This document shows positions 23,794-37,174 of a DNA stretch of 64,000 nt, piece after piece. The DNA comes from Camelus ferus. Its lineage: Eukaryota. The notes beneath the pieces are model-generated. The model was given only the letters and a program-made list of their open reading frames with translations. It made no database searches and was not told where the DNA came from. The stretch's first letter is position 1, and the number at the start of each line of letters is the position of its first letter. Position numbers and translations under genes: made by a program. Location of the stretch: the NCBI RefSeq assembly GCF_009834535.1, contig NC_045697.1, positions 116,438,001 through 116,502,000 on the forward strand, written 5' to 3'.

Positions 23794-26700
23794 AAAATAC
23801 AGGAACTTTGAGTAATGAGCACTGTTTTAAAGTCTGTCACGGCGATATTCTGGGAAGATCATTTTGGTCTACTACTATAAACTGCTAGAGAAGTCCCTGT
23901 GGCGACGAAACCAAGGACACGTGACTTGAGTGTTGGCTGCAGCCACCAAACGTCTCTGTCCTGGCTCCGAAGTTTTGCAGACCCCCTCCTCTCAGTCCTG
24001 TCAGGTCCCAGTGAGCAGCTGCTGGTCCTGACCACCAGCACACCCAGCCCATTTCCCCTCCCACAAAGGACCACTCCCTCCCTGCATCATGGGCATCACT
24101 TTTTAGCATGCACATCACGCATGCTTTTGCCTTAAGATCTCTGAACTTGCTGTTCCCTCTCTCGAGAACACCTTTCCTCAAACATCCACGTGGTGCGTTC
24201 CCCGAGGTGGGAAAAAATGACCACTGACATAGTTTGGACCCTGTTGGTTACCGAGGTCTTCACATTTCTCCAGCCCCTCTGAGTCTCGTCAGTACTGGCG
24301 GACATCAGAATGCTGGAGCTGGATGGGGCTCAGACATCGCCCGCCCCTCCGGCGGGTGGTTCCCAGACTTGACTCATCACTAGAAAGACCCTAGAAGCTC
24401 TTTGCATCTGTTTGTTTTTAATGAGCAAACCTTCACGGGGCTCCACTTCCAGGAATTTGGTCCAATGGATCTGAAGTGAGGAAACTACATTTTTGGGGAT
24501 GACTCACCCAGCCCACCACTTTAATTTTTTTTCTAGAAGGGAAAATAGAAGATGCAGTGAGGTTGAGACAAACCCTCAATCGGGGGATCAAGGCAGAGCC
24601 GACCCCAGATCAGAGGAGGGTCCCCTAAATCTGGTACTGCAGTCCACATTCTCACCTGGGGTTAGGGCTGAATTTTTTAAAGAATTACTAAGTAGAAAAA
24701 AAACTAGCTTAGCTCTACCAAGGTTTTGTTTTGTTTTTTTTGTTTTCTTCTCGGGCAGTGGAGTACCCTTGCCTGCTGTCTGGAACGCTGTCATTCTGGA
24801 CCCAATTGGTTATGGTGACTGATAACAAGAGCTCTACCCTGCCGGTCATCAACACTTGTCAAAATAATACCCAGACAGGAGTTCACACAGGTTGTCAGCT
24901 TCGATGGAGCTGGCCCAGCCCGCTGCCCGGCCCGGGAGCTGAGCCTGCTCTGACTCACTCCCGAGAGACGCGGCCTCGTGGAACAGACCCGTGTTCCTTC
25001 GCCCTGAAGCCCACTGGACTTTGCCGCAATACCGAGTTACCCCTGCGTCCGGTCCTCCAGTCACTCATTCTCACATTACATCCCGGAATCCGACCAACAG
25101 CCAGTGGGAACAAACTCTCCTAACGACTCACAGAACATTCCTCGTGGTGCGTCGGGTCAGTGAAACGGGAAGGAACGCAGGAGGGGCAGCGTGTGGTGAC
25201 AGCGATGCCCGGTGCACCTGGGGGAGTCACACCCCGCAGCCCACAGCCTCCCCGTGGAGCTCGTCACCAGCACAAGACCACCAGCCGCCCAGGGCTGGGG
25301 TTCCCTGTACATGCCCCTCGCCCCGGCCAGCAGCCACCTTTCCCAAGTGGCAGCGCGGAACACCCTGGGGACACCGTCCCCGCCCCTGCAGCCTGCAGCA
25401 GACTTCCCTTTAACAGTCTTGCACCCGAATCTTCGGTAATCCTAACCCCTCTCAGCAGAGCCAGGTGGTAAAACCACTGTCGGCTCATCTCCGTGAAGCA
25501 GGTCACTAGTGGAAAACACACCCTGGTTTCTGTACTTGTTTTCTTGTTAAGCAACTTGTGCAAAGAAGCCAGGGCTCTTTCTTTTTTAATAAAATTAGTT
25601 TATCCAAAGTGTGGATAAATCAGAGTTCTCCATCCATTACTTCTCCGGCTCCCTCCATCCCCCAGTGAGTCTAAAGCAGTAACGCATCCCCTCGGGACCC
25701 AAATTTCAACATATACGAAACTTCATGCACAATCAACCCTGAAGTGCTGTTTCGGTTCCTCTTCGGCGAGTGGAGGCACGACACTTTTTAAGGTGAGGTT
25801 ATGTCAAACGTCCTCTCGTCAATAGAGAAACAGTGACTCACAGACACGCTTGGCAAACCCTCCCAGATTCCTCAAACCAGCAGCCCTAGGGATGGATCTC
25901 ACTGGCTGGGAAAGTTTGAAAAAATCAAGTTATTTGCAGCATTGCCGTGGTTGATATTTTAAGAAAAAAGACTGGGAAGCAGTTCCATTTGAAGACTTCA
26001 CCACATGCCCAGCGTCACAGTTCAGTTACTAGATCCGAATTGAGTTTCAGCAAGGAATTTTTAATTGACAAACCATTTCAGACACCTCATCAAACACTAC
26101 CAGTTTCTACTGATTCTGGAGTGTTGTAAAATAAACTGAAGCCCCATGTCTGTCACTCTAGAGGTTAAGGAGAGCAGACGTGAAGATACAAAGGACAAAC
26201 TTCTACCCTGAAACGCTTCACTCCGCGTGAGCCTTGGTGGGGAGAGGAATGTGACTCTCTGTCCTGCATCCTGTCCCTTCTATCCTGCGCTACTGCTAGG
26301 GACCTGTAACGATTCCACTGTATCTGTGGAATCTTCCTCTTCAACCTTCAAACAACTGAAAAATCGAGCAGGAGAAAAAAACAAAAGAAAAAGAAAAAGA
26401 AAAAACTACTTACCAGTGTGCTCAGCTGAGACAGCCACCTAAAACTACTGCACTGACATCCCCGAGAGCAAAGCAGGCGCTGGAAGGCACCTGCCCGACT
26501 GCCCCCTCCCGGGACACACACATCGCTGGGGAGCACCGCGGAGGCAGGTCCTGGCAGCGCAAGCTCCCGTCAGTGACTCACTCACCCCCGAGACCCACCT
26601 GAGTTCTGAAGAAGCTCAGGAAACCAAAGCACAGCCCTGCCTGTAACTAATGCCTCTTCAAGATCGTAGGACGGGGAAGAGAAAGTGGAAGAGCGACCCA

Positions 26701-27569
26701 GACAGTGGCCTGAATAGAGATGAATTCCAAGGAAATGACACACGTCAGCATCGGACAGAATTGAAAAAGAAACCTCAAGATCTGAAAAGTAAATCTAAAG
26801 GGAGTTAAAATAAGGAAAGGAGAAAATGGATGTGAAAATGTTTCGTTGAGTTTAAAGTGTTGTTAAAATGGAAACGATGAGAATCCTGGCAAATTCACTG
26901 AAAAGTGAGAAGCAGAGGATTACACCAAAAACCTTAGAAGTTTTGTGAAAATTGCTGCGGCCGCACATTATCTTCTCCTGGGGGTCCCCAGCCCCCCCGA
27001 ACACTTCCCTGGGGAATCTAGAGTTGTGTGAGTGACAAAAATAGAAAATGCAGAAGGCCCCGATGCTACATGGAAGAGTCAGAGAGGGAAGAACTTTATT
27101 TAAAAGCAATCTGAACCAACCACACAGCTTAACAGTTGAGGGTGAGACCCCAAAAGGCAGGAGATGCCCCCACCCCGGTTATAAGGTTTTGGGCAGCAGA
27201 GTTGGGGGTCAGGACCAGATCCGGATCAAGACCCAAGAAGGCTGAGTGCCAAGCCTTCCCCCTCTCCTGTCACTCAGCCCCCTTTCTTGGTAAGAAACAG
27301 ACAGTATAAAAGTGGACCTCATATCTGAGCGCTCACATGTACTGTTGTACCGTCATTCACCACCGTTTCCTCCACAAACCCATCTCTGTAACACTGCACG
27401 TGTGTGATCGCCACACTTCCCCCCAGCTCTCTATCCGATCTATGGGCACTTACACCACAGGGAACTGTGTACCATTTTATCAAGTTTCCACTGAAGAAAT
27501 CCAATGATTTTTACATGACAGAAATCATGTCCTGATTATCTGTTAACCAAGAAATTTATTGATGGGATG

Positions 27570-27767
27570 AACAGTTTGGGAGTCATAAACTGCAAGGTCC
27601 TACCATACAGCACAGGCAACTTCACTGCCTTGTAATACCCTACAATGGAAAAGAACACAAAAAGGAATATATGTGTATAACTGAACCACTATGCTGTACG
27701 CCAGAAATTAACACAATGTCGTAAATCAACTATACTTCAATTTATAAAAAGAAAAGGAAAAAAAAAC
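27570..27767 (+). mobile_element. L1 3'UTR fragment
   Basis: aaggtcctaccatacagcacagg...gtaaatcaactatacttcaattt plus A tail. Confidence 0.8.
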
Positions 27768-28616
27768 AGTTTATGAGTCATGTTAACTTTGATAAGACTT
27801 CTACAAGGAAAAAGGTAACAACATTTAAGCCAATGGAGAAACTGACTTTCACACCAGCCACGAGACGGGAGCTCACCCTTCGGCTCTCCTTGCTGTCTAT
27901 CCACGTAACGTTCTGAAATAAAATGCAATTCTCAAAGGGTTTTCCTGTCTCACTGATATGCACTAACGCTCTTTACAAATAACACTTCAGTTGAGAGCTA
28001 CTGATAATAAAATTAATGAATTCTTCCCAAGTGGATGAAATAATCAGCCTAAGAGAAGACAGCGAGGATGACGGTATTCCTTTGATGAGCTGCGTTACTG
28101 GCCAGTTCGTCCTGACAGCATCCTGCCCAGGAAAGGAGTCTCCAGAAGACAAGACCGGGCGCTCCCTCCCCTCCCCACCGCCAGCCAGGACGCCCGGCCC
28201 TCCACCCACCTGTCAGGCTGAGAAGCCAGCATGCCCGCCATGCGCCACATCTGTCACAGCACTGCCCTCGGGGCCGCACCCCCTTCCCTGATGACCACTG
28301 TGTTCAAGCCTCCTCGGGACAGGACGCAACGCTGCTCATGGTGGCTCCCGCGGGGCCGTGGGAAGTGAAGAGGGAAGCACGTGGTGGCTGAATCCAAACA
28401 GCCACAGAAAAATGCTCGTGCCCCCAGCTCCCCGAGGAAGGAGAGGACTTGTCTGCCCGTCCCCCACCCCACCTGAGCCGCCTGCCTAGGGGCAGTCTCT
28501 GCCTAGGGGCAGTCTGGAAACACGAGTCTCAGATCAGCACACTTTTCTCTCCTTACCACGTGGCAAACTACATCAGAGTTTCTCTGAGATCCTGAAACAG
28601 AACTGAAGTTTCAAAC

Positions 28617-28792
28617 CTGTGGTTGAGTTCCGTGGGGTCGGGGCCCCTTCCTATCCTGGCTTGTTTGCGAAGCTTTGCACATAAAAGCGTCTTCTGGGTC
28701 CTCCAAGCACCAGAAACGGCATCGCTCACGCAGCCAGCTGGGTCCCTCCGGCTCCCGGGCTGCTCCGCGCCCTTTGAGGGGCCCCCGCACAT
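28617..28792 (-). CDS. FNIP2: Putative alternative first coding exon (1b) of FNIP2, 58 aa MCGGPSKGAE...PTELNH + AG
   Basis: ATG at 28792, upstream in-frame TAA at 28889-28891; 176 nt = 58 codons + 2; donor CAG|gtttga. Phase 2 matches exon 2. Resembles a recalled human FNIP2 isoform beginning MCGG...GAWR...LRKQ.RI. Confidence 0.72.
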
Positions 28793-29929
28793 CTCCTGAC
28801 CCTCAGCTGGCCTTGGACCAAGCGTGGGAGACCCCGTGCTTGGAGGAGTTCCCGCAGGGAAGGACCCCGCGCTCCCTGCACAGATGCCTTAGGTGAGACA
28901 GGCTTCTCGGTGGCAGCCTACTGATTTCCTCTTTCAAAAGTTAAAAAAAAAAAAAAAAAGGAACATTCATTTGTTACGTAAATGAAGCCCGCCCATGTTT
29001 CAGGAAGTCCGATGCACCCATCATGTTATGAAACGTGGCTCAGCAAACCCATTCTTCACGGACAAGTCCGAGTCCTACTTCTGCTCCTGGGTTTGTGCTC
29101 CACCGGTCAGCCAAAGGCGGAGCCACTGGGACTGACGCGCTCCATCCGAGGCACGGCTGGGGACCGAGCAGTGCTCGACTGATGGATCACAAGACCTGTT
29201 CATGTGGCCCGCAAGGCTCCGGGCACAAGGCGTGACTCGTCTTCAGCTGCAAGGTTGCTGTGACATTGGCCACCACCCTCCGAAGGGCTCTCATGTGAGC
29301 CAGTGTCAGCTGACAGGACTTACTCTGTAACCTTGCAAGATTCCACCCCCAGCAGGGGAGAGGGAGGCAGGGTTCCCACGACAGAGCTGGGCAGGGCTTC
29401 CCACACTGGGGACACCTGCAGGGCGGGCAGGGATACATCATGTAATGTGCATCCGCAAGAAACAGAGTAGTAAACGAGAAGCCATTCGTCCTCAGAACTC
29501 TTGCGCGGAATTCTTAATTCCTAACCATATCCAAGCTGAGCGAGCCCCGAGCCACCAAGAACAAAAGCAGTTCAAGCGGGTGACTTCTGACACGAGCACA
29601 CTTCAACTACAAAATTGAGAATAACACTATAGTGTCGTATCTCAGCGCTATACGAGGGAGGCACTGATATGTCACACACGCCAGGATGCTTTTTATGATA
29701 CATATTTTGTATTTGTACATACTCCATATATTTTATACGTTTATATTTTATATATGTTCTATGATGTATATTGATACATCATACATGTCAGTATGATTTT
29801 TCCACGCCACTGTAAATTCATGGAAAAAAGAATTTTTCTTTCAGAAGAGCTTAAAAAGCATAGGTCCCCGACACACAGGTCACGTCTGGATACAGAAAAC
29901 TCCAAGAGGCTGGCCTGACTCCTCCTCCA

Positions 29930-30409
29930 TCTGTCGTCCTGGAATCTGGCTGAAGAAAACATTAACAGATCCCTAACATCAGATGGACCCTTGACTGGGT
30001 CTTTAGTTTAACGAAATAAAATTCATAATTCTTGGCAAGACAAGAAAAATCTAAACATAAAATGTTTCTCTGCCCATCTGGGCCCCCCGCCTCACCACCT
30101 TTAGCGTGCGCTGTGCGGCTGCGCGCACCTGGCCTCCTTCGGAGACCACCATCCTTCTGAGTCTTGTAAGGGTCCAGACGACCCTCTACTCACTTTGTAC
30201 GTGCAGATCTGGATTCTGTAAACTGCCAGTACATCATGTGATGTTAACCCTCTGGCTCAAAAACATATATAACTGTGCTTTGACCTCTAATGGGCGGAAC
30301 AGTCCTCAAAGCTTCCTGAAAGATGGTCTCCTGGTTATAATCCTCAGGGTGGCTTGAAGAAAAATTTCCATTTCTTTCTTAGACTACTGATTCATTTTTT
30401 TCATTGACA
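29930..30409 (+). mobile_element. Probable solo ERV1-type LTR
   Basis: TG...CA ends (tgtcg...ttgaca), internal TATA-like catatataac at ~30264, and an R/U5-like segment resembling recalled cetartiodactyl LTRs. No clear TSD. Confidence 0.5.
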
Positions 30410-33059
30410 AGTTTTGGGAGATTTTCATCTTTACACTAGGGCAGCCACAGGCACCTCACTCCGCAAGTGTGAGGAAATCAAATGGTGTAGCAGGGGCCTC
30501 AGTTGCCCAGACTTCACTACACGTGTGACCCTAAAGTTCCTCTGTAACCAACCCGCAGAAGGTCTCAAATCACCCTGCTCTGAGAGGGAAAGCCTGTAAT
30601 GCACTGTGATGACCGCCAACTTCTCTGCGGCACAAGCTGAGCTGATGCCGAGACAAGACAGGACCAGGGAAAATGAGCGCACGTCTCCAGGAAGGGGAGC
30701 AAACACACGCTGAGCTTAAGGCCTGAGTGCACGGCCCTGCTGAGACCCTGGCTGCTTCCTTCAATCACTTTCCCTTCTTTGCAAGAGGGCCAGAAGAGCG
30801 TGAATGCAGGTACTGCCCCCCCTACCCCACCCCTGGGTCGACGCCTCCAGCTCCCGGGCTTCCCCTGTGTTCAGTCACCGCCGCAGTGACCGCACAGTGC
30901 AGTGCCCAGAAGGTGAGGCCTTGAAAAATGCCCCCAAAGCCAGATTTTATAAAATATGTAGGGGAATCACTGGGGGAACAAGCACATCGCACTTTTTATG
31001 TATAAAGTAAATGAATTTCGCTTTCAAAACTTCAGTCTCTAAAAGATATTCATCTGGGACGTAAACTCTTTCTAAGTATGCATTCTGTGCACACACTTAC
31101 CTAGAAGTTAGCCACAGAGCCGTTCAATCAGTCCCATATTTCACATTTTCCAAAGGCTTCAAACGTTGTTATAAAAATGCAAGTTTTATACCCTATCCAG
31201 ATAATGCAAACATTTTTTAAATGACCAGAAAAAAGACAAAAATGATGACGCGGTTACAAGGGACATGGGGATGACATAAGACTCACACTGCAGTAGGAAA
31301 GGATTCCCTTGAGCACAAACCAGGCTGGACGGCACAGGGAACTCTAGACCCCTGACTCAGCCTTTAACTGACATCCAAGGACAGAAGAGGAGAAGGAGCT
31401 AGTGCTGTCCTGGTGGTGTATGTGTCAGGACGTGACCTGTATCTTAGGGACCGATGCTGTCCATTTCTCTAATGTCACTATTTCTCCCCAACTTCAGTCT
31501 GCACACCTTCCAGCCTCCATTTCCTTGGTAGAGAGGTGCTCAGAGTTTACCGCCCTCTCACCTTGGGTTCTGACTTCCAGCCAACGGTCTGACACCTACT
31601 CAGAGGGATTTTCTGACCCGTACAAAGTCAGATTAAACGTACAACAAAATCAACCAATATTTCTGCTGTGACTTAAAATGAGGAACCACCTGGGAGACAA
31701 TTTAGCTTTCAGATTGAGATAAAAGTGACCATCAGGATGCTGTGCGGCTCCTGACGGTGCAGACCACTTCCTCTCCTGTCTGTCTCCCCGTGCTCTGAAG
31801 ACAGAGCGGCCAGCACCCAGCGCAGAAGAGGCACCCGGGAAAGGGAAGAGCGAACGCAGGAGTGTTACGTCTTCAGGAAATCCAGGAAACATAGAAAACT
31901 CCTTATGTTACAAAGCTAAATAAAAAGAACAGGATGCAAAGGGGTGAATGCACTTCGAGGACAAGAGTGCTTTCTAAACACCAAACGTAGAAAAGAGAAC
32001 TAGAAAGAAACAGAACATCGCTGAGTAGCGAGCCTCGGAATGCGTTTCCTTTATTATTCTCTACTTTCCATTTTTCAGCGATAGGTATGGATTATTTACA
32101 CACAGTGGAGAAAATGACTTGATTTTTTAAAAGCTCCTGCTGCCAAACTGGTAACGATCACTCGACTTCTTCACTCTGTAACAGCTCTGCAGGCTTTCCT
32201 GTAAGGAAACTGTCAGAGCCACAACAATCTCAGACGGCGGGAAGGAAAAGCGACCTGTGAGCGTGCAGTTCCGTGCACACGGTTCTTCCTTCGATGCGAC
32301 TGCGTCGAGCCGGCAGAAGCACAGAGCTGCGGCTGCGGGACCGTGAGACAGCTCACTGAAAACCAGCCTCCCCGGCTTCCCTCACTCTGGAGATGGCCCC
32401 AGCAGTGGTACAGCACACGCAGCGGTGAGGGGGCTTTAGGCGCCACGCAAACACCGTCCTGGAATGAGCGCTACTCAAAGGCTCTCTCTCTAGCCCAGGA
32501 CCGGGGGGCTGAGGACACAGGGACAAGAAAGAGGGAAATGAGGCTCCAGGAGGTCCCCGGCCTCCAAGGGAAAAGGAGGCCACAGGAGAACCGTGGCTCT
32601 GACGACCTCACATCTAAACTTTAACAGAAGAGGCGGCTGGGCCAGGCGCACTCATTCCAGGCTGGGAGGCTCTGCAGAGTTAACTCTCCGCCCACAACAA
32701 GGGGCACTGCCTGTCTTCGCGTCTCGGTGCAATGATTCACCCCTTCTGGAATCAGCTAGGTAACCAGCAATTCAGATAAAAACTTCCAGCATTTTTCTCT
32801 AAGGTACAGTATCAGATTTCAACCTACAATCCTTTCTCCGTATGATTTTTACAGCGCATCCCCATCATTCTCTGACATTAACCACCACCACACACAACTT
32901 TGGCTTTGAAAACTTCCCAAAGTTAGAAACGCAGCAGCGACAAAATAGTACACACCTTTTAAAGTTTAACTCTGACTCCAGGCCAGGCCCTCACTAGCAT
33001 TTGGACCTTAGCAAAAGTGCCAGCCCTCCAGGTCTGCTTAAGAATTTGGGGTCTGAGTT

Positions 33060-33423
33060 GGGGGAAGGTGTAGCTCAGTGGTAAATGGCATGCTTAGCAT
33101 GCACGAGGTCCTAGGTTCAATCCCCAGTACCGCCATTAAATAAATAAGTAAATAAATACGTAAGTTTAAAAAGCTAAAACTCTAATCTGTTCTTAGAAAC
33201 AGTGATCAGTACACATTGTAAACTAAAAAAAACGTGCAGTATATTGTATATATGCATCTACATGCAATATAATGTGTATGTGCAGTCAAACTGTAACAAT
33301 TCTACCAATAAAACCGAAAAAAGAAAAAAATAAATAAAAATAAATAAGTAAACAAATAAACCTAATTACCTCCTCCCAAAATGAAAACAAACTAAAAAAT
33401 AAGCAAAACGAAATACTAAAAAA
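33060..33423 (+). mobile_element. Vic-1-like SINE interrupted by a ~180-nt polyadenylated insert
   Basis: SINE head 33060-33158, insert 33159-33337, SINE tail (cctaattacctcctccc) resumes at ~33359. Outer TSD aagaatttggggtctgag / aagaatctggaggctgag. Confidence 0.85.
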
Positions 33424-33960
33424 AAGAATCTGGAGGCTGAGCTCCTGGGTCGGGGCCGTCCGCTGAACTGTTCCCAGAGCTCCCTTCCTCTGCAGCGCGT
33501 GTGACCTGCGCACACAGGGACAGTCCAGGCAAAGCGGCCTGGAGGAGCAGCTGTAGAAACCCCTCCTCAGCACAGCTGCTCACCCCACCTATTTGACCCA
33601 AAGCAGCTCTGCAGAACCGCCAGTTTCCAGTTTTTCCAATGTCCCTATCAAAACTGCCACCATGTAACTCAGGAGCAGTTTCAAAAAATACCCAATCAAG
33701 GGCCCTCAGCTATCTGCACCTCCCTTCCATGTGCAGGTACAGCTATCACGTAATTCAGCCTTTCTGTAGACACTGTGAACTGGATGCAGCCTGGGCCACT
33801 CTGAGTGCAATGCAGAGTGGTCCAGGCGGGGTCCAGTCCTAAGATGCTGTCAGCACGGAGACAGGGCAGCTCGCGGAGTCAAGCCACCACTGATGCACTC
33901 GGGCCCCCTTGGCTGAGCACTTGGACCCTCTGTGCTGAGCCTCTCCCTCGTCCTCCACCT

Positions 33961-34049
33961 CCTCACAGCTCTGGTTCCCCCAGGTAAATGCCACACCTGT
34001 GCCCCACCTCACAGCTCTGGTTCCCCCAGGTAAATGCCACACCTGAGCC
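33961..34049. repeat. Tandem duplication, 46-nt period, two copies
   Basis: cctcacagctctggttcccccaggtaaatgccacacctg at 33961 and 34007. Confidence 0.95.
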
Positions 34050-36204
34050 ACACCCAAAAGCCAGCTCTGAATCTTCCTGGAGGAGAGTTCTGTGGTGAAA
34101 AGAACTTTGTCTCCCCTTCTCTCTTACATTAAAAAAAATGTTTTTAGGAATGTATAATTTTTTAACATTTATAACATTGGTGGTGGGGGTGTACCACTAT
34201 TTACCTCAGAGAGGAATAAACGATTCGATCAAACTACTGGCAATGGTATCCAGTAATAACTCTTATTATTGTAACTCTTACAGCCATTGAGATCGTTTTG
34301 GAAGAACTAGGAGTTATTAATCAATTCATGCTGTAATTAAATAAACCACCAACTAAGATTCAACAAAATAAAAAGCATTTGATGTTCTTCTACAATTTAT
34401 TAAGATATCTCACTGGTTGTGCAGAATAATGTATAGACCTGCCTTTAAAATATGTATCTAAGGATGCAGGACTCCATCCATTCAGCCCTTCAAATACCAA
34501 TGTGGCCGGCCCTGTTCAGGACACTGATGACACAGAGGTAAGCAGAATCAGTGTGACCACAATCTCAAGGCGGGTGTGGTGATGGTGCGACGGGGCTGGC
34601 CGTGCCATGGTGGTGGGAGAGGGTCTTTCCCGAAGTTCCCAGAGCGTTCAGGCCCTCTCTCCCCTCACCACTGGGGGCATGGATGCTGGGCAAGGGGTCA
34701 AAGTTTTACCTGGAGCACGTGGACTCCTGGCTCCTGCTTACCACCGCTCCTCCACGGAGAGATGACAGCCCATGTCACAACCTCCACTGCCACCATCCCG
34801 TCCAGCCCCAGTGTGCCAGGACTGGTGCAGCAGCCTCCTTCCTGGCCCCCCAACCCCCATCCTGGTCTGCGAGGACCCATTCATGGAACAGTCACCGGAC
34901 ACAGCAGAACAAAGTCAGTGAGGGCTACTCAGGGAGGGCTACTCAGGGCAGGTGAGGGGTCACCCACTGACAGAAGGGGCGCCTCCTGTTCTTCCGGTTT
35001 GTCCGACAGGCGGCAACAGGGGCGCTTCCCTAGCAGAGCTAAAATTACAAGCTTCTCGTGTAAGTTCATTGCCAGTAAATTAAGAGAGAAAGCCTCTCTG
35101 CTGCTCTGAGTGCTCCAGGGCCACACAGACTAGGGAAGCTGCCTGGGCGCCGGCGGAACTCAAGTTATGAGAAGAGAAAGCTGGAACTGAGAGGCGGGAA
35201 AGGATGTGCGGCCTGAATCAGCAGACTCGTTCCTCTGAGTCAGTTCCTCGTGACGCGGTGAGGGCTGTCACCCAGGGACAGGACCCGGGGGGAGGGTCAG
35301 GGCTCCGGCCGCTCAGGCCCATCGCCCAGCGGCCACGTGACCCGGAGCCTCGGTCTCCTCGGCTGATGACGACACTCACTCCCCAATCTTAGAAGGTCGT
35401 TCAAGATGTTCGCTGTGAGCCTGCGAGAGTCCCCCCGAGACACCGGATGGCTGAGACGGGTTTCCGTTTTCCGACCCCCATCCAAAAGCACGCACTGCCC
35501 TGTCTGAGCTGCTGCGCTCACGGGCGACGACCCTGTATGCACACGACGTGCGGCCAGAACAAGTAACTCCGGCCACAGCGACATCGGGCAAGTCACCCTT
35601 CTCCCCAGAAAGTCAGTCACCTCCCCACCCACACACCACCAGCTCTCTGGATGCTCCAGGCAACCAAAGCTTCTGAAACAGACCACAGCAGACTCCCTTG
35701 GGAACCATAAACGCTAGAACAAATGAGGGCAACAGCGAGAAAATTAAATCTATGAAACAATTAGTTGTCAAACTGACAGAGGGCATCCTTCCTTCCCCCG
35801 ACAAGCTCCTTTCCCACCTCCTGTGTCGCCTCCATCACACCAGCTGCCCCTCCTGAAGTACCTGCCACCTGACTCTCCAGGTCAGGTCCTCAAGGTCCTT
35901 CTGGACGCACACCCAGGGCCACCTGTCCTTGAACACTGCCCGCGAGGACTCGTTCTCAGATGTTCCAACATCTCTAACATGTGGACAGACTCCACGCACA
36001 GTGCCCCACCGGGAGGCTCAGCACCTCTCCCTCAGCTGCTGCCACCCCTGCCCTCGGCTGCCCCTCCGGACGCTATCCCCATGTCACCCCCAGGGAGACC
36101 TGTCACGGTGTGGGGCAGATCAGCTGCTGGCCACGCACATTCCCCTAAAAGAACACACATGCTCACTCAAAGTCGCCCTGAATCACATTTTTTTTAATTA
36201 AAAA

Positions 36205-36415
36205 TGTTTTTCATTTTTTAATTGAAGTACAGTTTACAGTGTCTGTCAGTCTCTGCTGTACAGCGTCATGTCCCAGTCATACATGAATATACACATATTC
36301 CTTTTCAGATTCTTTTCCATTATATGTTATTACAAGATACTGATACAGTTCCCTGTGCTGTACAAGAGGTCCTTGTTTATGTATTTTATACACAGTAGTC
36401 AGTATCTGCGAATCT
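36205..36415 (-). mobile_element. L1 3'UTR fragment
   Basis: ttttaattgaagtacag...cagttccctgtgctgtac...agtatctgcgaatctc. Confidence 0.8.
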
Positions 36416-37174
36416 CGATATTTTGTGCATTTCTGTAAAACATCACGTTCCGTCTTCCACGCTTTAGCTGCTACGGTGAAGTGCTAACCTCTCCCCGCCA
36501 CACACGCCGGGTGTCAGGACGTCTGTTACCGACTCCTAAACTGCGAGGCACTTTCTGGGGACGTGCACACCGCGTCTTTTACCTTTCCTGCGTGTTGCTT
36601 GTGTAGGTGAGCTACCACGGAGCAGAGGAGGCACTGAGGCAACGGCTCTGAAGTTCGAAGTAACCTCTTTCCTGCCATATTCCCTCAGGCTGCCGCAAGA
36701 ACGGCGGTTCACCTGGGTTCCGGAAACAGTCACCCTCGGAGACAGCAAAACCTCATTACAGTACGGCTCAAGGTGGCACAGATTCGGATGCTCCTTTGAA
36801 AAATAATTGCACATTTAAAAATCTGACTGTATTTAGCCCAGAGCATGAGGTAACGCTAACCTTTATATCAGTTCTTAAAGATTTCAGTTGCAGTCCATCC
36901 AGCAGAACTGTTGTGAATGTTGCCTTCAGGACAGAATCACAGAATTTCCACAAAACAAAACGAAGAACACAGTTCTTAGGGAGGAGTTTTTCTCGGCAGA
37001 GACCTTTTTCGTATTCACGACAGCACTCCTGTTTACAAGAGCTACATTCAGGTACGTTAGTAACTTCCACGGAATTATAAATACGAGTGGACCCAAGAAC
37101 TTGATCTTTATAACTAGTACCATCTAACAGTATTTTCAAATTATTCCCTAGAAATCCAAAGGGAGCAATGAAAC

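Noticed and set aside
33961..34049. Direct repeats as a CRISPR-like array
   Set aside because: Only two adjacent copies with no spacers, in mammalian intronic DNA.
36768..37139. 123-aa minus-strand ORF as an extra FNIP2 exon or retrogene
   Set aside because: No recognisable homology, and no convincing splice signals, TSD or poly(A).
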